A DNA stretch of 63,783 nt, the filler included. It is 7 parts of 7 records of this genome, joined end to end, with 100 filler letters (N's around TTAATTAATTAA, not from the genome) between each part and the next. Parts side by side here need not be neighbours in the genome. Positions count along the whole stretch, not along the records: positions 34,450 to 51,308 come from SRR31156797_28614; positions 51,409 to 58,657 come from SRR31156797_28623; positions 58,758 to 63,783 come from SRR31156797_28684; 4 more parts are not named here. The stretch is one strand, 5' to 3'. The notes beneath the pieces are model-generated. The model saw only the letters and a list, made by a program, of their open reading frames with translations. It was not told where the DNA came from and made no database searches. Positions 48,828 to 59,602 of this stretch are shown one piece after another; the first letter of the stretch is position 1; each line of letters begins with the position of its first letter. A program made the translations under genes and the position numbers.

Positions 48828-50537
48828 TTAGAACAGACCCGGCAAGAATACGAAGCTCATCAAAGAGGCGACGATTCCGACGACAAGACCGTACAGCAGG
48901 AAAGGCCACACGGTCCGCTTGAGGATCTGACCTTCCATGCCGGACAGGCCGACCACCGCGCAAACTGCGACGATGTTGTGGATGCAGACCATGTTACCCA
49001 TGCCACCACCGACAGCCTGAGCGGCCACGATGATCTGGCGGGGCAGATCAAGCTGGGTTGCAACGCCCCACTGGAATTCGGCGAACAGAAGGTCGGAGAC
49101 TGTGTTGGAACCGGTAATGAAGGCTCCCAGACCGCCGACGTAAGAGGCGAACATCGGCCAGGCGTTGCCGGTGATGTTTGCGACTGCTTCAGCCATTGCC
49201 AAAGGCATGGAGGGGTAGTTGTTGGGGTTCAGAGCGGCATCGGTGATACCGGAACCGCGGAATATGGACACCAGTGCGACCGCTGCGAACAGGGCGATGG
49301 TGGGGTTTTTCATGGTGACGATGGCCTGAGACCATGCGGCCTTGACCTTGGTGCCGGGCATGCCGTGAATCATGACGGTCAGCAGGGCGACCAGAACGAA
49401 CGGAATGGAACCGGGCAGGTAGAGGTATTTGATGGAAGCGTTAACACTCTCATAACCGAGAATGGCGCTGAATTTGATGGCCTGTGCGGCAAGGAAGCCC
49501 TTGAGACCCAGTTCGGGAATACGAGTGACAACGAGAATTGCGCCGATAAGGATGTAAGGCAACCATGCCTTGAACTGGCTCATGTGCGGCTTGAACTCGG
49601 TGGAGCCACCGGAAACGGAACCGGTCCATTCCGGGTCCCACTTGTCAGAAGGACCGAAGTCCCATGTCGTGTTGGGGACGCAGAAACCGGCTTTGGCACC
49701 AGCAATGATGATACCGAGACCAACGAGGCCACCGATCAGGGACGGGAATTCAGGACCGACGTTCCATGCAAAGAACAGGTATGGCACGGTGAAGGCAACG
49801 GCTGCGAACATGCAGAATTTCCATGCAGCCAGACCGGGCTTCCAGCTCCGTTCGGGACCGAAATAACGGGTCACAAAACCGAGCATGAAGACAGGCAGGA
49901 TGAAGATCATGCCGAGGTGCATGAGGGTGGCCCATTGGCCGACGAGTGCGATAAAGTCGCCCTGATTGGCGAAGTTGACGCCTGCGGCACCGGTGGACAC
50001 GGCTTCGGCAACGCCGGGAGCCAGATATTTCAGTCCAAGGATGACAGGAGTACCGACTGCTCCGAAGGTAACCGGGAAAGAGTTGAAAACTAAACAGACA
50101 ATTGCTGCTGCCAGAGGCGGGAAGCCCAAGGAGAGCAACAGCGGAGCGGCCAGAGCTGCGGGGGTACCGAAGCCGGCAGCACCTTCAAGGAAGGCTGCGA
50201 ACATGTAACCAATGATAATGGCCTGGATACGGCGGTCAGGCGAGATGTTCTGCATCCCGTACTGAATGGTTTCCATGCCGCCCGACTGCTGAAGCGTCCG
50301 TAAGATCAGAATGGCACCGAAGACGATGATTAGGATGCCGATTGCCGTCACAAACCCTTGAAGAGTCAGTGCGGCAACGTATTTCATGGGGAGACCCCAA
50401 ACAATGACAGCTCCACCGGCTGCTGTGAGCCAAGCCAGGGGCATGGCTTTGGTGGCAGGCCAACGCAGGCCGACCATGAGAACGAGTGCGACCAGGATAG
50501 GCAGCAGTGCGATTAATGCAAGCACTTCCAATGACAT
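48828..50537 (-). CDS. lldP: L-lactate permease
   Basis: [18 protein letters not shown] and GSNTVS motifs; highly hydrophobic. Confidence 0.93.
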   Translation of the reverse strand: MSLEVLALIALLPILVALVLMVGLRWPATKAMPLAWLTAAGGAVIVWGLPMKYVAALTLQGFVTAIGILIIVFGAILILRTLQQSGGMETIQYGMQNISPDRRIQAIIIGYMFAAFLEGAAGFGTPAALAAPLLLSLGFPPLAAAIVCLVFNSFPVTFGAVGTPVILGLKYLAPGVAEAVSTGAAGVNFANQGDFIALVGQWATLMHLGMIFILPVFMLGFVTRYFGPERSWKPGLAAWKFCMFAAVAFTVPYLFFAWNVGPEFPSLIGGLVGLGIIIAGAKAGFCVPNTTWDFGPSDKWDPEWTGSVSGGSTEFKPHMSQFKAWLPYILIGAILVVTRIPELGLKGFLAAQAIKFSAILGYESVNASIKYLYLPGSIPFVLVALLTVMIHGMPGTKVKAAWSQAIVTMKNPTIALFAAVALVSIFRGSGITDAALNPNNYPSMPLAMAEAVANITGNAWPMFASYVGGLGAFITGSNTVSDLLFAEFQWGVATQLDLPRQIIVAAQAVGGGMGNMVCIHNIVAVCAVVGLSGMEGQILKRTVWPFLLYGLVVGIVASLMSFVFLPGLF

Positions 50538-50649
50538 TATGAATTCCTCCTAAAACGTGAGAGGGGTCCCTCACCGTGTTGAAACAAATACGCGGGGCGG
50601 ATTAGGCTAAGCCTCCGCAACAACTCCGCCCCGCGCAAACATCTATTGT

Positions 50650-51308
50650 TTATCTGCCGTCATCACAGGGTTCCCCAGAACCCGGGCTTTCAGCAGAAAT
50701 ACCGGCGTCACACACTGCTCCCTCTTCCTCTTCAGCCTTGCTGAAATCAGCGTCGGCCATGTGAGTCAGGATTGCGTAACGGTCGGTATAGTCTTTTTCG
50801 ATCTGCGCACGGAATGCCTTGGACAGTTCCGGGTGGAAGCGTTCCAGCATGGCGTAGCGGTTTTCGCCGGACATGAATTCCTGCAAGGAACCGTCAGGAG
50901 CCTTGGACTCCAGTATGAACGGATTCTTGTTTTCGGAAACCAATTCGGGATTGTAGCGATAGAGCGGCCAGTAACCGGAGTCCACGGCCAGCTTTTGTTC
51001 AAGCTGGGTCTTGCCCATGCCTTTTTTGATGCCCTGATTGATGCAGGGGGCGTAACAGATAATCAGGGACGGTCCGTTGTAGGCTTCAGCCTCACGGAAT
51101 GCCTTCATCATCTGCTGCTTGTCAGCGCCCATGGCGACAGAGGCGACATAGACGTAGCCGTAAGTCATTGCCATGCGGCCGAGGTCCTTTTTGCCAGTGC
51201 CTTTACCTGCAGCGGCGAACTTGGCGATGGAGCCGAGCGGGGTTGCCTTGGAGGACTGCCCGCCGGTGTTGGAGTAAACCTCGGTGTCCATGACAAGGAT
51301 GTTGACGT
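50650..51308 (-). CDS. por: Pyruvate:ferredoxin oxidoreductase, C-terminal part
   Basis: DTEVYSNTGGQSSKATP, KKDLG, YAPCI and GYWPLYRY motifs; C-terminal extension with two Cys. Confidence 0.95.
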
Positions 51309-51408
51309 NNNNNNNNNNNNNNNNNNNNNNNNNNNNNNNNNNNNNNNNNNNNTTAATTAATTAANNNNNNNNNNNNNNNNNNNNNNNNNNNNNNNNNNNN
51401 NNNNNNNN
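51309..51408. other. Artificial contig linker
   Basis: N44-TTAATTAATTAA-N44. Confidence 0.99.
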
Positions 51409-52572
51409 GTGTCCATACTGGGGGCCTTTCTGGGGGGGAAACGGCTGGAAAAGGATGGGGAATGGGGTATTTCGGGATTTGTGGCCGAAATGCTGACCCG
51501 GGGAACAAAAAAGCGAACCGCCGCTCATATCGCCGACACGGTGGAATCCTGGGCCGGAAGTTTGGAGGGATTTTCCGGGCGAAACAGCCTGGGCGTTTCC
51601 GGAAAATTCCTGAGCAAAGACCTTTATGCGGGGCTGGAACTTTTCTCCGATCTGATTCTTCACGTGGATTTTCCGCCCGGAGAAATTGAAAAAGTCCGGG
51701 AAGACATCCTGGCGGCCATAAAAGCCAAGAAGGATCGACCCACGGCTCAACTTTTCGAGCTGTTTTACAAGACCCTGTACCCCCATTACCCTTACGGACA
51801 TCCTGCAACGGGGACCATGGAAACCATTTCCCGTATGACCCGATCGGACCTCAAAAACTGGTACAAATCCATACGTATCCCTTCAAATTTCGTGCTGGCG
51901 GTTGTGGGCGACCTGGATCGAGACCGGTTGATACCTTATCTGGAAACGCTTTTTGAGCCCTTTCAACGGTCTGCCACAACCCTTCCCGCCATCAAGCCGG
52001 AGCCGCCTTTGACCGGCGTAAGGAAAGCACATCTTAAACGTCCGGGGGCCCAGACGCACCTTTCGGTAGGGTATCTCGGTGCCGGTCTTACAAGCCGCAA
52101 CAATTCACCCATGGCCCTGGTGGACACGGCCCTTTCCGGAATGGGGGGGAGGTTGTTTCAAAGGCTCAGGGACCAAAAGAGCCTGGCCTACTCCGTCACT
52201 GCCTTCAGGAGTCCGGGCCTTGAAACCGGCGCATTCGGTGTTTATCTGGCCTGTGATCCGGAAAAGCTGTCGCCGGCCCGAAAGGCCGTTTTTCATGAAC
52301 TGGCGCTTCTGAGGGAAAAAGGGTTGACGGACGGGGAACTTGCGGCCGCCAAACGGTATCTTCTGGGCAATCTCAAGATCGGTATGCAGACCAACGGCAG
52401 CCAGGCCATGCAGATGGCGCTGGATGAACTCTACGGACTGGGCTATGACCACCTGCCCCGGTACATTCAAAAAATCGAATCCGTGACCCAGGCGGATGTG
52501 AACGGGGCGGTGAAGGATATTATCCTTCCCGACCGGTACATTCTCGTGACGGTGGGACCGAACGGGGACTGA
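51409..52572 (+). CDS. M16 (pitrilysin/PqqL-like) peptidase, C-terminal half
   Basis: MLTRGT, HYPYGHP, AVVGD and GRLFQRLRDQKSLAYSV motifs; 5' truncated. Confidence 0.9.
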   Translation: MSILGAFLGGKRLEKDGEWGISGFVAEMLTRGTKKRTAAHIADTVESWAGSLEGFSGRNSLGVSGKFLSKDLYAGLELFSDLILHVDFPPGEIEKVREDILAAIKAKKDRPTAQLFELFYKTLYPHYPYGHPATGTMETISRMTRSDLKNWYKSIRIPSNFVLAVVGDLDRDRLIPYLETLFEPFQRSATTLPAIKPEPPLTGVRKAHLKRPGAQTHLSVGYLGAGLTSRNNSPMALVDTALSGMGGRLFQRLRDQKSLAYSVTAFRSPGLETGAFGVYLACDPEKLSPARKAVFHELALLREKGLTDGELAAAKRYLLGNLKIGMQTNGSQAMQMALDELYGLGYDHLPRYIQKIESVTQADVNGAVKDIILPDRYILVTVGPNGD

Positions 52573-52597
52573 AAAACGGGAGACAATGAACAGGTCC

Positions 52598-54958
52598 TTA
52601 GGCCGCTCCTGTAAAATCCAGGCTCAATTTGGTCTGCATGCGCTCGATCCGTTTGAAGATTTCTTTGAGCATGGTCTGGTCCATGCGTGAAAGTTTGGTG
52701 GGATCCATATAGTTGTCCGGTTTTTTCCCTTCCACAATGTTTTTGATCTGACAACTCAGTCTGTGGTGCATCAGGTAGCTGTAGGCCTGATCCAGGTCAT
52801 TGTAGGTTTCTTCGTCAAAGACTTTTTCCAGGTAGAGTCGGTACAGCCTTTCCTGGGTATTGGTTTCGGAAATGTTATTGTTGAGTGCGTAAATTCTGGC
52901 AATATCCACAATGGGTGTCATGGATTTCTTGATGTCGAGTTTATGGCGGTGCTCACCCTTGGATTCCACGACAAAATTTCTGAAAAACCCCAAGGGGGGT
53001 TTAAAACCGAGGGCATTGACCGTAAGGTCCCTGAAAAATCTTGTCCAGCCCTCCAGGGATTCAAACAGAAACAGACGCAACTCGTCAACCAGTTCCGTAT
53101 TGCCGCACCCGCCTCTCAAATCGAAAAATATATTGGACTGCATCAGATCTTTCGGCGTTGAAACACGAATCCATGAATAAAAGTATCTTTTCCACAGGGA
53201 AAGGGGCTGGCACCATTTGGGGTTCTTGGCCATGACGTCCCCTTTGCAGAAATCGTATCCGGCCTGATCCAGCCATGTGCAGACCAATTCACCGAATTTC
53301 AGAAAATACGCCTTGGCAGCGCCTGATTCGGCTTTGCCCACATCCGCGTAAATAATGGCATTGTCCTGATCCGTTTTCAGTGTCTGTTCATTTCTGCCTT
53401 CACTACCCACGATCAGAAAAACGAATTCAGAAGGCGCCGGACCGAGTTCATCAAGGGCGAAACCGACCAGTTTGTCCAGGATGGCATCGGATACGGAACT
53501 GATGAGTCTGGTAATGGTTCTCGCTTTTGCGCCGCTGTTGAGCATGTTCTGGATCAGCCGGGGGGTTCTTTTCTGCATATGGACAATCTCATCCATTCCG
53601 GTGGCGGCGGAAAGTTCCCGGATGAGAAAAAATGGAGACTGCTCCTGGGCTGTGAGGAGATCCCTGTTGGTTACAATCCCCACAACCTTGCTTTGCTGAT
53701 CCCTGACGGCAAGGTGTTTCAAATTGGTATCCATCATTTCCAGAAGGACTTCCGATACCATGGCGTCTATCTGAACGCTGTGCAGGGGCGAACTCATGAT
53801 GTTTGCGATGGGGGCTGAAATATCATGCCCTTTCGCGATCACTTTGCTTCGAAGATCCGTATCCGTGACAACACCCGTATACTCACCTTCCGGGTTTTTG
53901 ATGAAGATGGAGCTGCATTTTCTACGGCTCATGAGGGACGCTGCCTGCTGAATGGCGGTATCTTCGCTGCATGATAGAATATTTTTGTGATAAATGTTTT
54001 CCACTTGCAGGTTGAAAAAGTGTGTTGAAGAATCGATATGGCTCTGACTTTTTTTAATGATGGAGGCATAGGATTTGTCCATCATCCTTTTTCCGAAGGT
54101 GCCCGTAAAATATTCCGCGAAGACTTGCTGTTCACCGCAGAGTCTTAAAAAAGCGTTTTTGGGCAGGATGTAGAAATAGGTGTTTTCAAGAATCCGGATG
54201 GATCGGACCGCTATGCCGTTATTGACGAGCATGGAAATGCCGCCGTATATATCCCCTTCTCCCAGTACCCCGCGCAGGATCTTGTTTTCACCTTCCTCAA
54301 AGTACCGTTCCATGGCGCCTTTTTGTACGATATAGAGATATTCCACCCTGCTTTTGCCCTGATAGAAAAGCCGTGTGCCGCTTGAATAGTGCACAATGGA
54401 AAACTCTTTTGAAATCTCTTTGAGAACATCTTCCGGTAGAAGTGAAAAGGGTACGATTTCAGAGAGAAAATGACTGAGCTGACTTGATTGAAAAATGGAG
54501 GCATACGATTTGTCAAGCATTCGGTCGTGAAACGTTTCCACAAAAAATGTGTAAAAAGGCTGGTAACGGGTGCAGATGTCTATGAAAATATTCTTGGGTA
54601 TGACGAGAAGGGTGACATCTTCCTGCACCATGACGGTTCTGGCCGACTTTCCACCGTTCATCAAAATGGCAATCCCCCCGAAGACGTCTTCTCTGACGAG
54701 GGTTCCCCTCAGAAGCTTTTCCCCCTCTTCATCAAAATAGAGCTCCAGGGAGCCGTTTTCGATGATATACACCTTTTCAAGGGAGGTCTCATCCTGGCGG
54801 CATAGGATGAAGCCCTTGCCGTACTGCTCCCTTGTCATATGGATGCACATGTTCCACAGTTCCTTCTCCGGCAAAAGCGCAAAAACAGGGGTTTGCGATA
54901 TGAATTCGAATATCTCTTTGTCGCAGTGCTTTTCAGAAGTCATTACGGACGATTTCAC
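52598..54958 (-). CDS. cNMP x2 + CBS pair + DUF294 putative nucleotidyltransferase
   Basis: Duplicated cNMP domain; CBS motifs GVVTDTDLR and GIVTNRDL; GSEGRNEQTLKTDQDNA; CKGDVMAKNP; real start may be ATG 54943. Confidence 0.92.
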   Translation of the reverse strand: MKSSVMTSEKHCDKEIFEFISQTPVFALLPEKELWNMCIHMTREQYGKGFILCRQDETSLEKVYIIENGSLELYFDEEGEKLLRGTLVREDVFGGIAILMNGGKSARTVMVQEDVTLLVIPKNIFIDICTRYQPFYTFFVETFHDRMLDKSYASIFQSSQLSHFLSEIVPFSLLPEDVLKEISKEFSIVHYSSGTRLFYQGKSRVEYLYIVQKGAMERYFEEGENKILRGVLGEGDIYGGISMLVNNGIAVRSIRILENTYFYILPKNAFLRLCGEQQVFAEYFTGTFGKRMMDKSYASIIKKSQSHIDSSTHFFNLQVENIYHKNILSCSEDTAIQQAASLMSRRKCSSIFIKNPEGEYTGVVTDTDLRSKVIAKGHDISAPIANIMSSPLHSVQIDAMVSEVLLEMMDTNLKHLAVRDQQSKVVGIVTNRDLLTAQEQSPFFLIRELSAATGMDEIVHMQKRTPRLIQNMLNSGAKARTITRLISSVSDAILDKLVGFALDELGPAPSEFVFLIVGSEGRNEQTLKTDQDNAIIYADVGKAESGAAKAYFLKFGELVCTWLDQAGYDFCKGDVMAKNPKWCQPLSLWKRYFYSWIRVSTPKDLMQSNIFFDLRGGCGNTELVDELRLFLFESLEGWTRFFRDLTVNALGFKPPLGFFRNFVVESKGEHRHKLDIKKSMTPIVDIARIYALNNNISETNTQERLYRLYLEKVFDEETYNDLDQAYSYLMHHRLSCQIKNIVEGKKPDNYMDPTKLSRMDQTMLKEIFKRIERMQTKLSLDFTGAA

Positions 54959-54969
54959 TCCTCATGGTC

Positions 54970-55009
54970 AAAAAAAGCGGTGTGCCCGCTGAACAGGCAC
55001 ACCGCTTTT
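54970..55009. terminator. Terminator-like hairpin between actP and the DUF294 gene
   Basis: AAAAAAGCGGTGTGCC...GGCACACCGCTTTT. Confidence 0.75.
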
Positions 55010-55026
55010 CATACGGGTTTTAAGTA

Positions 55027-56805
55027 TCAGTGGTCTGTGGCAGTCCCCGCACCCTTTGGAATACGGATATCTTCCACGAGATGCTGGATATGATCAGGTA
55101 CCTGCTCCGTTGCCCTGGATACCAGGAACGCCACCACGAAATTCAAGACAGCACCCACTGCGCCGAAGGACTGGGGGTTAATGCCCAGGAACCAATTTTC
55201 CGGAATGTTGGCCAAGGGCGCCGTCCCTTTGATGAAGAACCATCCATTATACAAAAAGATGTACAGAAGGGTAGTGCCGATGCCGGTGAGCATCCCGGCG
55301 ATGGCGCCCGTTCGGTTGACCTTTTTGGAAAAAATCCCCATCATCAACACCGGAAAGATGGACGAGGCGGCCAGACCAAAGGCGAGGGCCACCACCTGGG
55401 CGGCGAATCCGGGCGGATTCAGTCCCAGCCAACCGGCCGCGCAAATGGCAAAGGCCATGGCGATACGGCTTGCCAGTAGTTCCTGCTTTTCATTGATGCC
55501 CTTCATAAAGACGCTCTTTAAGAGGTCATGGGATATGGCGGAAGAAATTGCCAGCAGAAGACCGGCGGCCGTTGAAAGTGCGGCGGCAATACCGCCCGCG
55601 GCAACCAACGCAATGACCCAAAACGGCAGATTGGCGATTTCCGGGTTGGCCAGCACCATGATATCCCGGTCCACCTTGACCATTTCGTTGCCCTTCCAGC
55701 CAAAGCTTTCAGCTTTCTTCGCAAAGCCCTTGATTTGAGTGTCGTAATACTGGATTCTACCATCATGATTCTTGTCCACCCACTTGAGCAGTCCGGTCTT
55801 TTCCCAGTTGGTGAACCAGGAAGGCCTGTCCGCATAAAGAAGGTTTCCCGTGGGTGAGCCCACCGGCCCGATCTGGATGGTGTTCATCAGGTTGGTTCTC
55901 GCCATGGCGCCCACCGCCGGGGCGGTGGTGTACAAAATGGAGATAAACACCAGGGCCCAGCCCGTTGAAAAACGGGCATCCCGAACTTTCGGTACTGTAA
56001 AGAAGCGGATGATCACATGGGGGAGTCCCGCCGTACCGACCATTAGAGAGAGGGTCAACAGGAACACATTCCAGGTTGACCACTTCTGGGCCGTGTATTC
56101 GGCAAAACCAAGTTCGGTGCAGATGGTATTGAGCTTCTGCAGCAGATACCCGCTTCCATCCGAAAGCTCGCTCCCCAGGGCCAGCTGGGGAATGGGATTT
56201 CCCGTCATCTGTAGGCCGATGAAGACCGCGGGCACCGTATAGGCGAAGATCAGTACGCAGTACTGGGCGATCTGGGTATAGGTGATCCCCTTCATGCCGC
56301 CCAGTACCGCATAGACAAAGACGATTCCCATACCGCAGAAAAGGCCCGTTGAATAATCCACCTCCAGAAACCGGGAAAAAGCAACGCCGATCCCTTTCAT
56401 CTGCCCGATAACGTAGGTGATGGAGCAGGTAATCAGGCACAAAACCGCCACGATGCGGGCCGCATGGGAATAGTATCGATCCCCGATAAACTCCGGAACC
56501 GTAAATTTCCCGAATTTACGCAGGTAGGGCGCCAGCATCATGGCAAGGAGCACATAACCGCCGGTCCAGCCCATAAGATAGGCGCAGGCGTCATATCCCA
56601 TAAAGGCGATCAGACCCGCCATGGAGATAAAGGATGCCGCCGACATCCAGTCCGCCGCCGTGGCCATTCCGTTTAAAACCGGATGAACGCCTTTTCCCGC
56701 AACGTAGAAATCCGACGTGCTTTTCGCGCGCGCCCAGATGGCGATGGCCACGTAGATTGCAAATGTCAGGCCGACAACAATGTAAGTGGTAGCTTGCAGG
56801 GTCAT
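55027..56805 (-). CDS. actP: Sodium:solute symporter, ActP-like (VC_2705 subfamily)
   Basis: MATAADWMSAASF, APYLRKFGKFTVP and GTAGLPHVIIRFFT motifs. Confidence 0.9.
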   Translation of the reverse strand: MTLQATTYIVVGLTFAIYVAIAIWARAKSTSDFYVAGKGVHPVLNGMATAADWMSAASFISMAGLIAFMGYDACAYLMGWTGGYVLLAMMLAPYLRKFGKFTVPEFIGDRYYSHAARIVAVLCLITCSITYVIGQMKGIGVAFSRFLEVDYSTGLFCGMGIVFVYAVLGGMKGITYTQIAQYCVLIFAYTVPAVFIGLQMTGNPIPQLALGSELSDGSGYLLQKLNTICTELGFAEYTAQKWSTWNVFLLTLSLMVGTAGLPHVIIRFFTVPKVRDARFSTGWALVFISILYTTAPAVGAMARTNLMNTIQIGPVGSPTGNLLYADRPSWFTNWEKTGLLKWVDKNHDGRIQYYDTQIKGFAKKAESFGWKGNEMVKVDRDIMVLANPEIANLPFWVIALVAAGGIAAALSTAAGLLLAISSAISHDLLKSVFMKGINEKQELLASRIAMAFAICAAGWLGLNPPGFAAQVVALAFGLAASSIFPVLMMGIFSKKVNRTGAIAGMLTGIGTTLLYIFLYNGWFFIKGTAPLANIPENWFLGINPQSFGAVGAVLNFVVAFLVSRATEQVPDHIQHLVEDIRIPKGAGTATDH

Positions 56806-56809
56806 ATGA

Positions 56810-57061
56810 TTATTCCTCCTCTACATCGAATTCACGATCATATTTTGACATGGTATTTGCGTAGAAAAAAATCAAACACACAAAAACGTACATGGACCCC
56901 TGTTGCGCAAACCAGAATCCCAGCGGATACCCCGCGAGATTGATGTTGTTGAGTGGACCAACCAGCAAGATGCCAAACCCGAATGAAACAATGAACCAAA
57001 CGATTAAACAGCCTATCATAAGCCTGAGATTTTTCTTCCAGTAAGCTTCACCGCTAGTCAT
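56810..57061 (-). CDS. DUF4212 small symporter subunit
   Basis: YWKKNL...GYPLGFWFAQQGS...DREFDVEE. Confidence 0.92.
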   Translation of the reverse strand: MTSGEAYWKKNLRLMIGCLIVWFIVSFGFGILLVGPLNNINLAGYPLGFWFAQQGSMYVFVCLIFFYANTMSKYDREFDVEEE

Positions 57062-57162
57062 AATCTATCCTCCTAATTAAAAGTGTGTTTTAATTGGATT
57101 TCTTGGACACCTTGCCTTTTTATGGTCGTTTATATCCCCCCTTTCAGATAAAAATACCTTTA

Positions 57163-58657
57163 TTATCCATTTTTTGCGCCCGCATACCCTTTATGGACGA
57201 GCGCTTCTTCGATTTCCTGCAAAATGGTCGGGTCATCAATGGTTGCCGGCATCTTAAAAGCTTCATTGTCCGCGATTTTGCGCATGGTTCCCCTGAGTAT
57301 CTTCCCGGATCTTGTTTTGGGCAGGCGTTTTACAATGGTGGCAATTTTAAAGGAGGCCACCGGGCCTATGCGTTGCCTGACCATCTGGATGACTTCCTTT
57401 TCGATTGTTTCAGCATCGCGCGTCACACCGGCATTAAGCACCAGAAAACCGATGGGCATCTGCCCTTTGAGTTTATCCTCAACGCCCAGCACCGCGCATT
57501 CGGCCACATCCGGGTGATCCGCCAGGACTTCTTCCATGCCGCCGGTGGATAGCCGATGCCCTGCCACGTTGATGATGTCATCGGTCCGGCTCATGACAAA
57601 CACATAGCCATCGTCGTCGATATATCCGGCATCGGCTGTTTTGTAAAACCCCGGAAATTCTTCCAGATAGGACTTGATAAAGCCTTCATCATTGTTCCAG
57701 AGGGTGGGGAGAGTCCCCGGAGGGAGCGGCAGTTTTACCACCAGGGCACCGATTTCCCCCGGCTCCACCGGTTGGCAGTTGGGATCAACCACTTGAATGT
57801 TCCACCCCGGGACCGCTTTTGTGGGAGACCCCTGTTTCACGGGAAACCGCTCAATGCCCAGGCAGTTGGCTGCGATGGCCCACCCTGTTTCCGTCTGCCA
57901 CCAATGATCGATGACGGGGACCTTCAGCTTTTTTTCGGCCCACTGCAACGTATCGGGATCCAACCTTTCCCCGGCCAGGAAAAGAGCCTCGAAGTTGCTC
58001 AAATCATAATTTTCAATCAGCTTCCCTTCAGGGTCCTCCCGTTTGATGGCGCGAAATGCGGTGGGGGCCGTAAACATGGTTTTTACCTTATGTTCGTTGA
58101 TCACCCGCCAGAACACCCCCGCATCGGGAGTGCCCACCGGCTTTCCCTCAAAAAGGATGGTGGTGCACCCTTTTAGAAGGGGACCGTAAACGATGTAAGA
58201 GTGCCCAACAACCCATCCCACATCCGAAGCGGTCCAGAAAACGTCGCCCTGTTGCAGGTTGTAAACGGCCCCCATGGTCCATTTTAAAGCCACCATGTGA
58301 CCCCCATTGTCCCGGACAACACCCTTTGGAATACCGGTTGTCCCCGATGTATAGAGGATGTACAAGGGGTCGGTAGCGGCTACGGGAACACAGTCCGCGG
58401 GAACCGCATTTTTCATCTCCTCATGCCAGTCGTAATCAAGTCCCGGTGTCATGGGAGCGGTTTCCTGGGGTCGCTGCAGGATAATACAGGCATCCGGTTT
58501 TTCATCCGCTATGGCCATGGCTTCTTCAAGAAGTGGTTTGTAGGGGATAACCCTTGCCACTTCAATGCCGCATGACGCGGAGACAATGACTTTCGGTTTC
58601 GCGTCATTGATCCGAATGGCAAGCTCCTTTGCGGCAAATCCACCGAAAACCACGGAA
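57163..58657 (-). CDS. prpE: Propionyl-/acetyl-CoA synthetase, 5' truncated
   Basis: YILYTSGTTG.PKGVVRD, DHWWQTETG, RTDDIINVAGHRLS and LPKTRSGKILR motifs. Confidence 0.88.
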
Positions 58658-58757
58658 NNNNNNNNNNNNNNNNNNNNNNNNNNNNNNNNNNNNNNNNNNN
58701 NTTAATTAATTAANNNNNNNNNNNNNNNNNNNNNNNNNNNNNNNNNNNNNNNNNNNN
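58658..58757. other. Artificial contig linker
   Basis: N44-TTAATTAATTAA-N44. Confidence 0.99.
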
Positions 58758-59576
58758 TTCAATCAGCTTTTCCATGTCTTCGTCGGCTCCTTTATTGTCG
58801 ATTTTAATTGCACCCGAGTTGCGCAGTTCATCGAAAGCAATATCTATTTCGCCACCAAAAACAATGTTGTTGTAATTGCCGCTTGCACCAAGCTGAAATC
58901 CGTGATGGTTGTAAATTTTCTCGAAATCGGCTTCAATAACGGCTTGCTTGGGCGAACTAAATCCTTCCAGCTCCATTTCAAAAGAAAAGCTCATGTCGGG
59001 TGTTGGGGTTTTAAACGATTCCCAAAGTATTTTAGCTCCTTTTTTTGTTAACTCCATGGAAACCGCCGCTTTGTGCCCATCAATTAATGGTGCTTTTCCC
59101 AAGCCTACAACCTGTTTGCTTAGGTCGCCTTCGGTATTTACAAACGATGAAATAATGGTGAAGGTTCCGCTGGTGTACATGGCCGGACCTTGCAATTTTC
59201 CTTCCGGGTTCAGTTTGCGCAGTTCTCTTCGTGCTTCTTGTATTTGCTCGGGCGATACATACAGTTCAATTACTGCATGCACAATACCGCCTCCAATACC
59301 TTCACGAATTTCGTCTTCGCCACCGGCCGAACGTACATTTTCAACAAATCGTAGAAATGAAAATTCCGGTTTCCCATTTGCATCGGTGGCCAGTTTTAGC
59401 TTGTCAGGAAGGTAGTAGTAGGCATTCTCGTCTTCCATGTCGGGGAACAAGGTGAGTTCTCCGGCCCTAACGCGTTTGTCGAGAATAATGCGTTGCGCAT
59501 TTGCTGAAATTCCCAGCAGCAAACATGCAATTAGTAAGATCCCTATTTTATTGATGATTCTAATTTTGTTCTTCAT
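58758..59576 (-). CDS. Secreted hypothetical protein, paralog 4 of the tandem array (3' truncated)
   Basis: Signal peptide ...ANA-Q; LDKRVRAG.L.LFP...YYYLP...PEFSFLRFV...GGGIVH. Confidence 0.85.
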
Positions 59577-59602
59577 CGTAATTGATTTTTGGGTTGGATT
59601 TT

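Noticed and set aside
48757-48963. 68-aa ORF after lldP
   Set aside because: Overlaps the lldP 3' end and an intergenic hairpin; no coding signal
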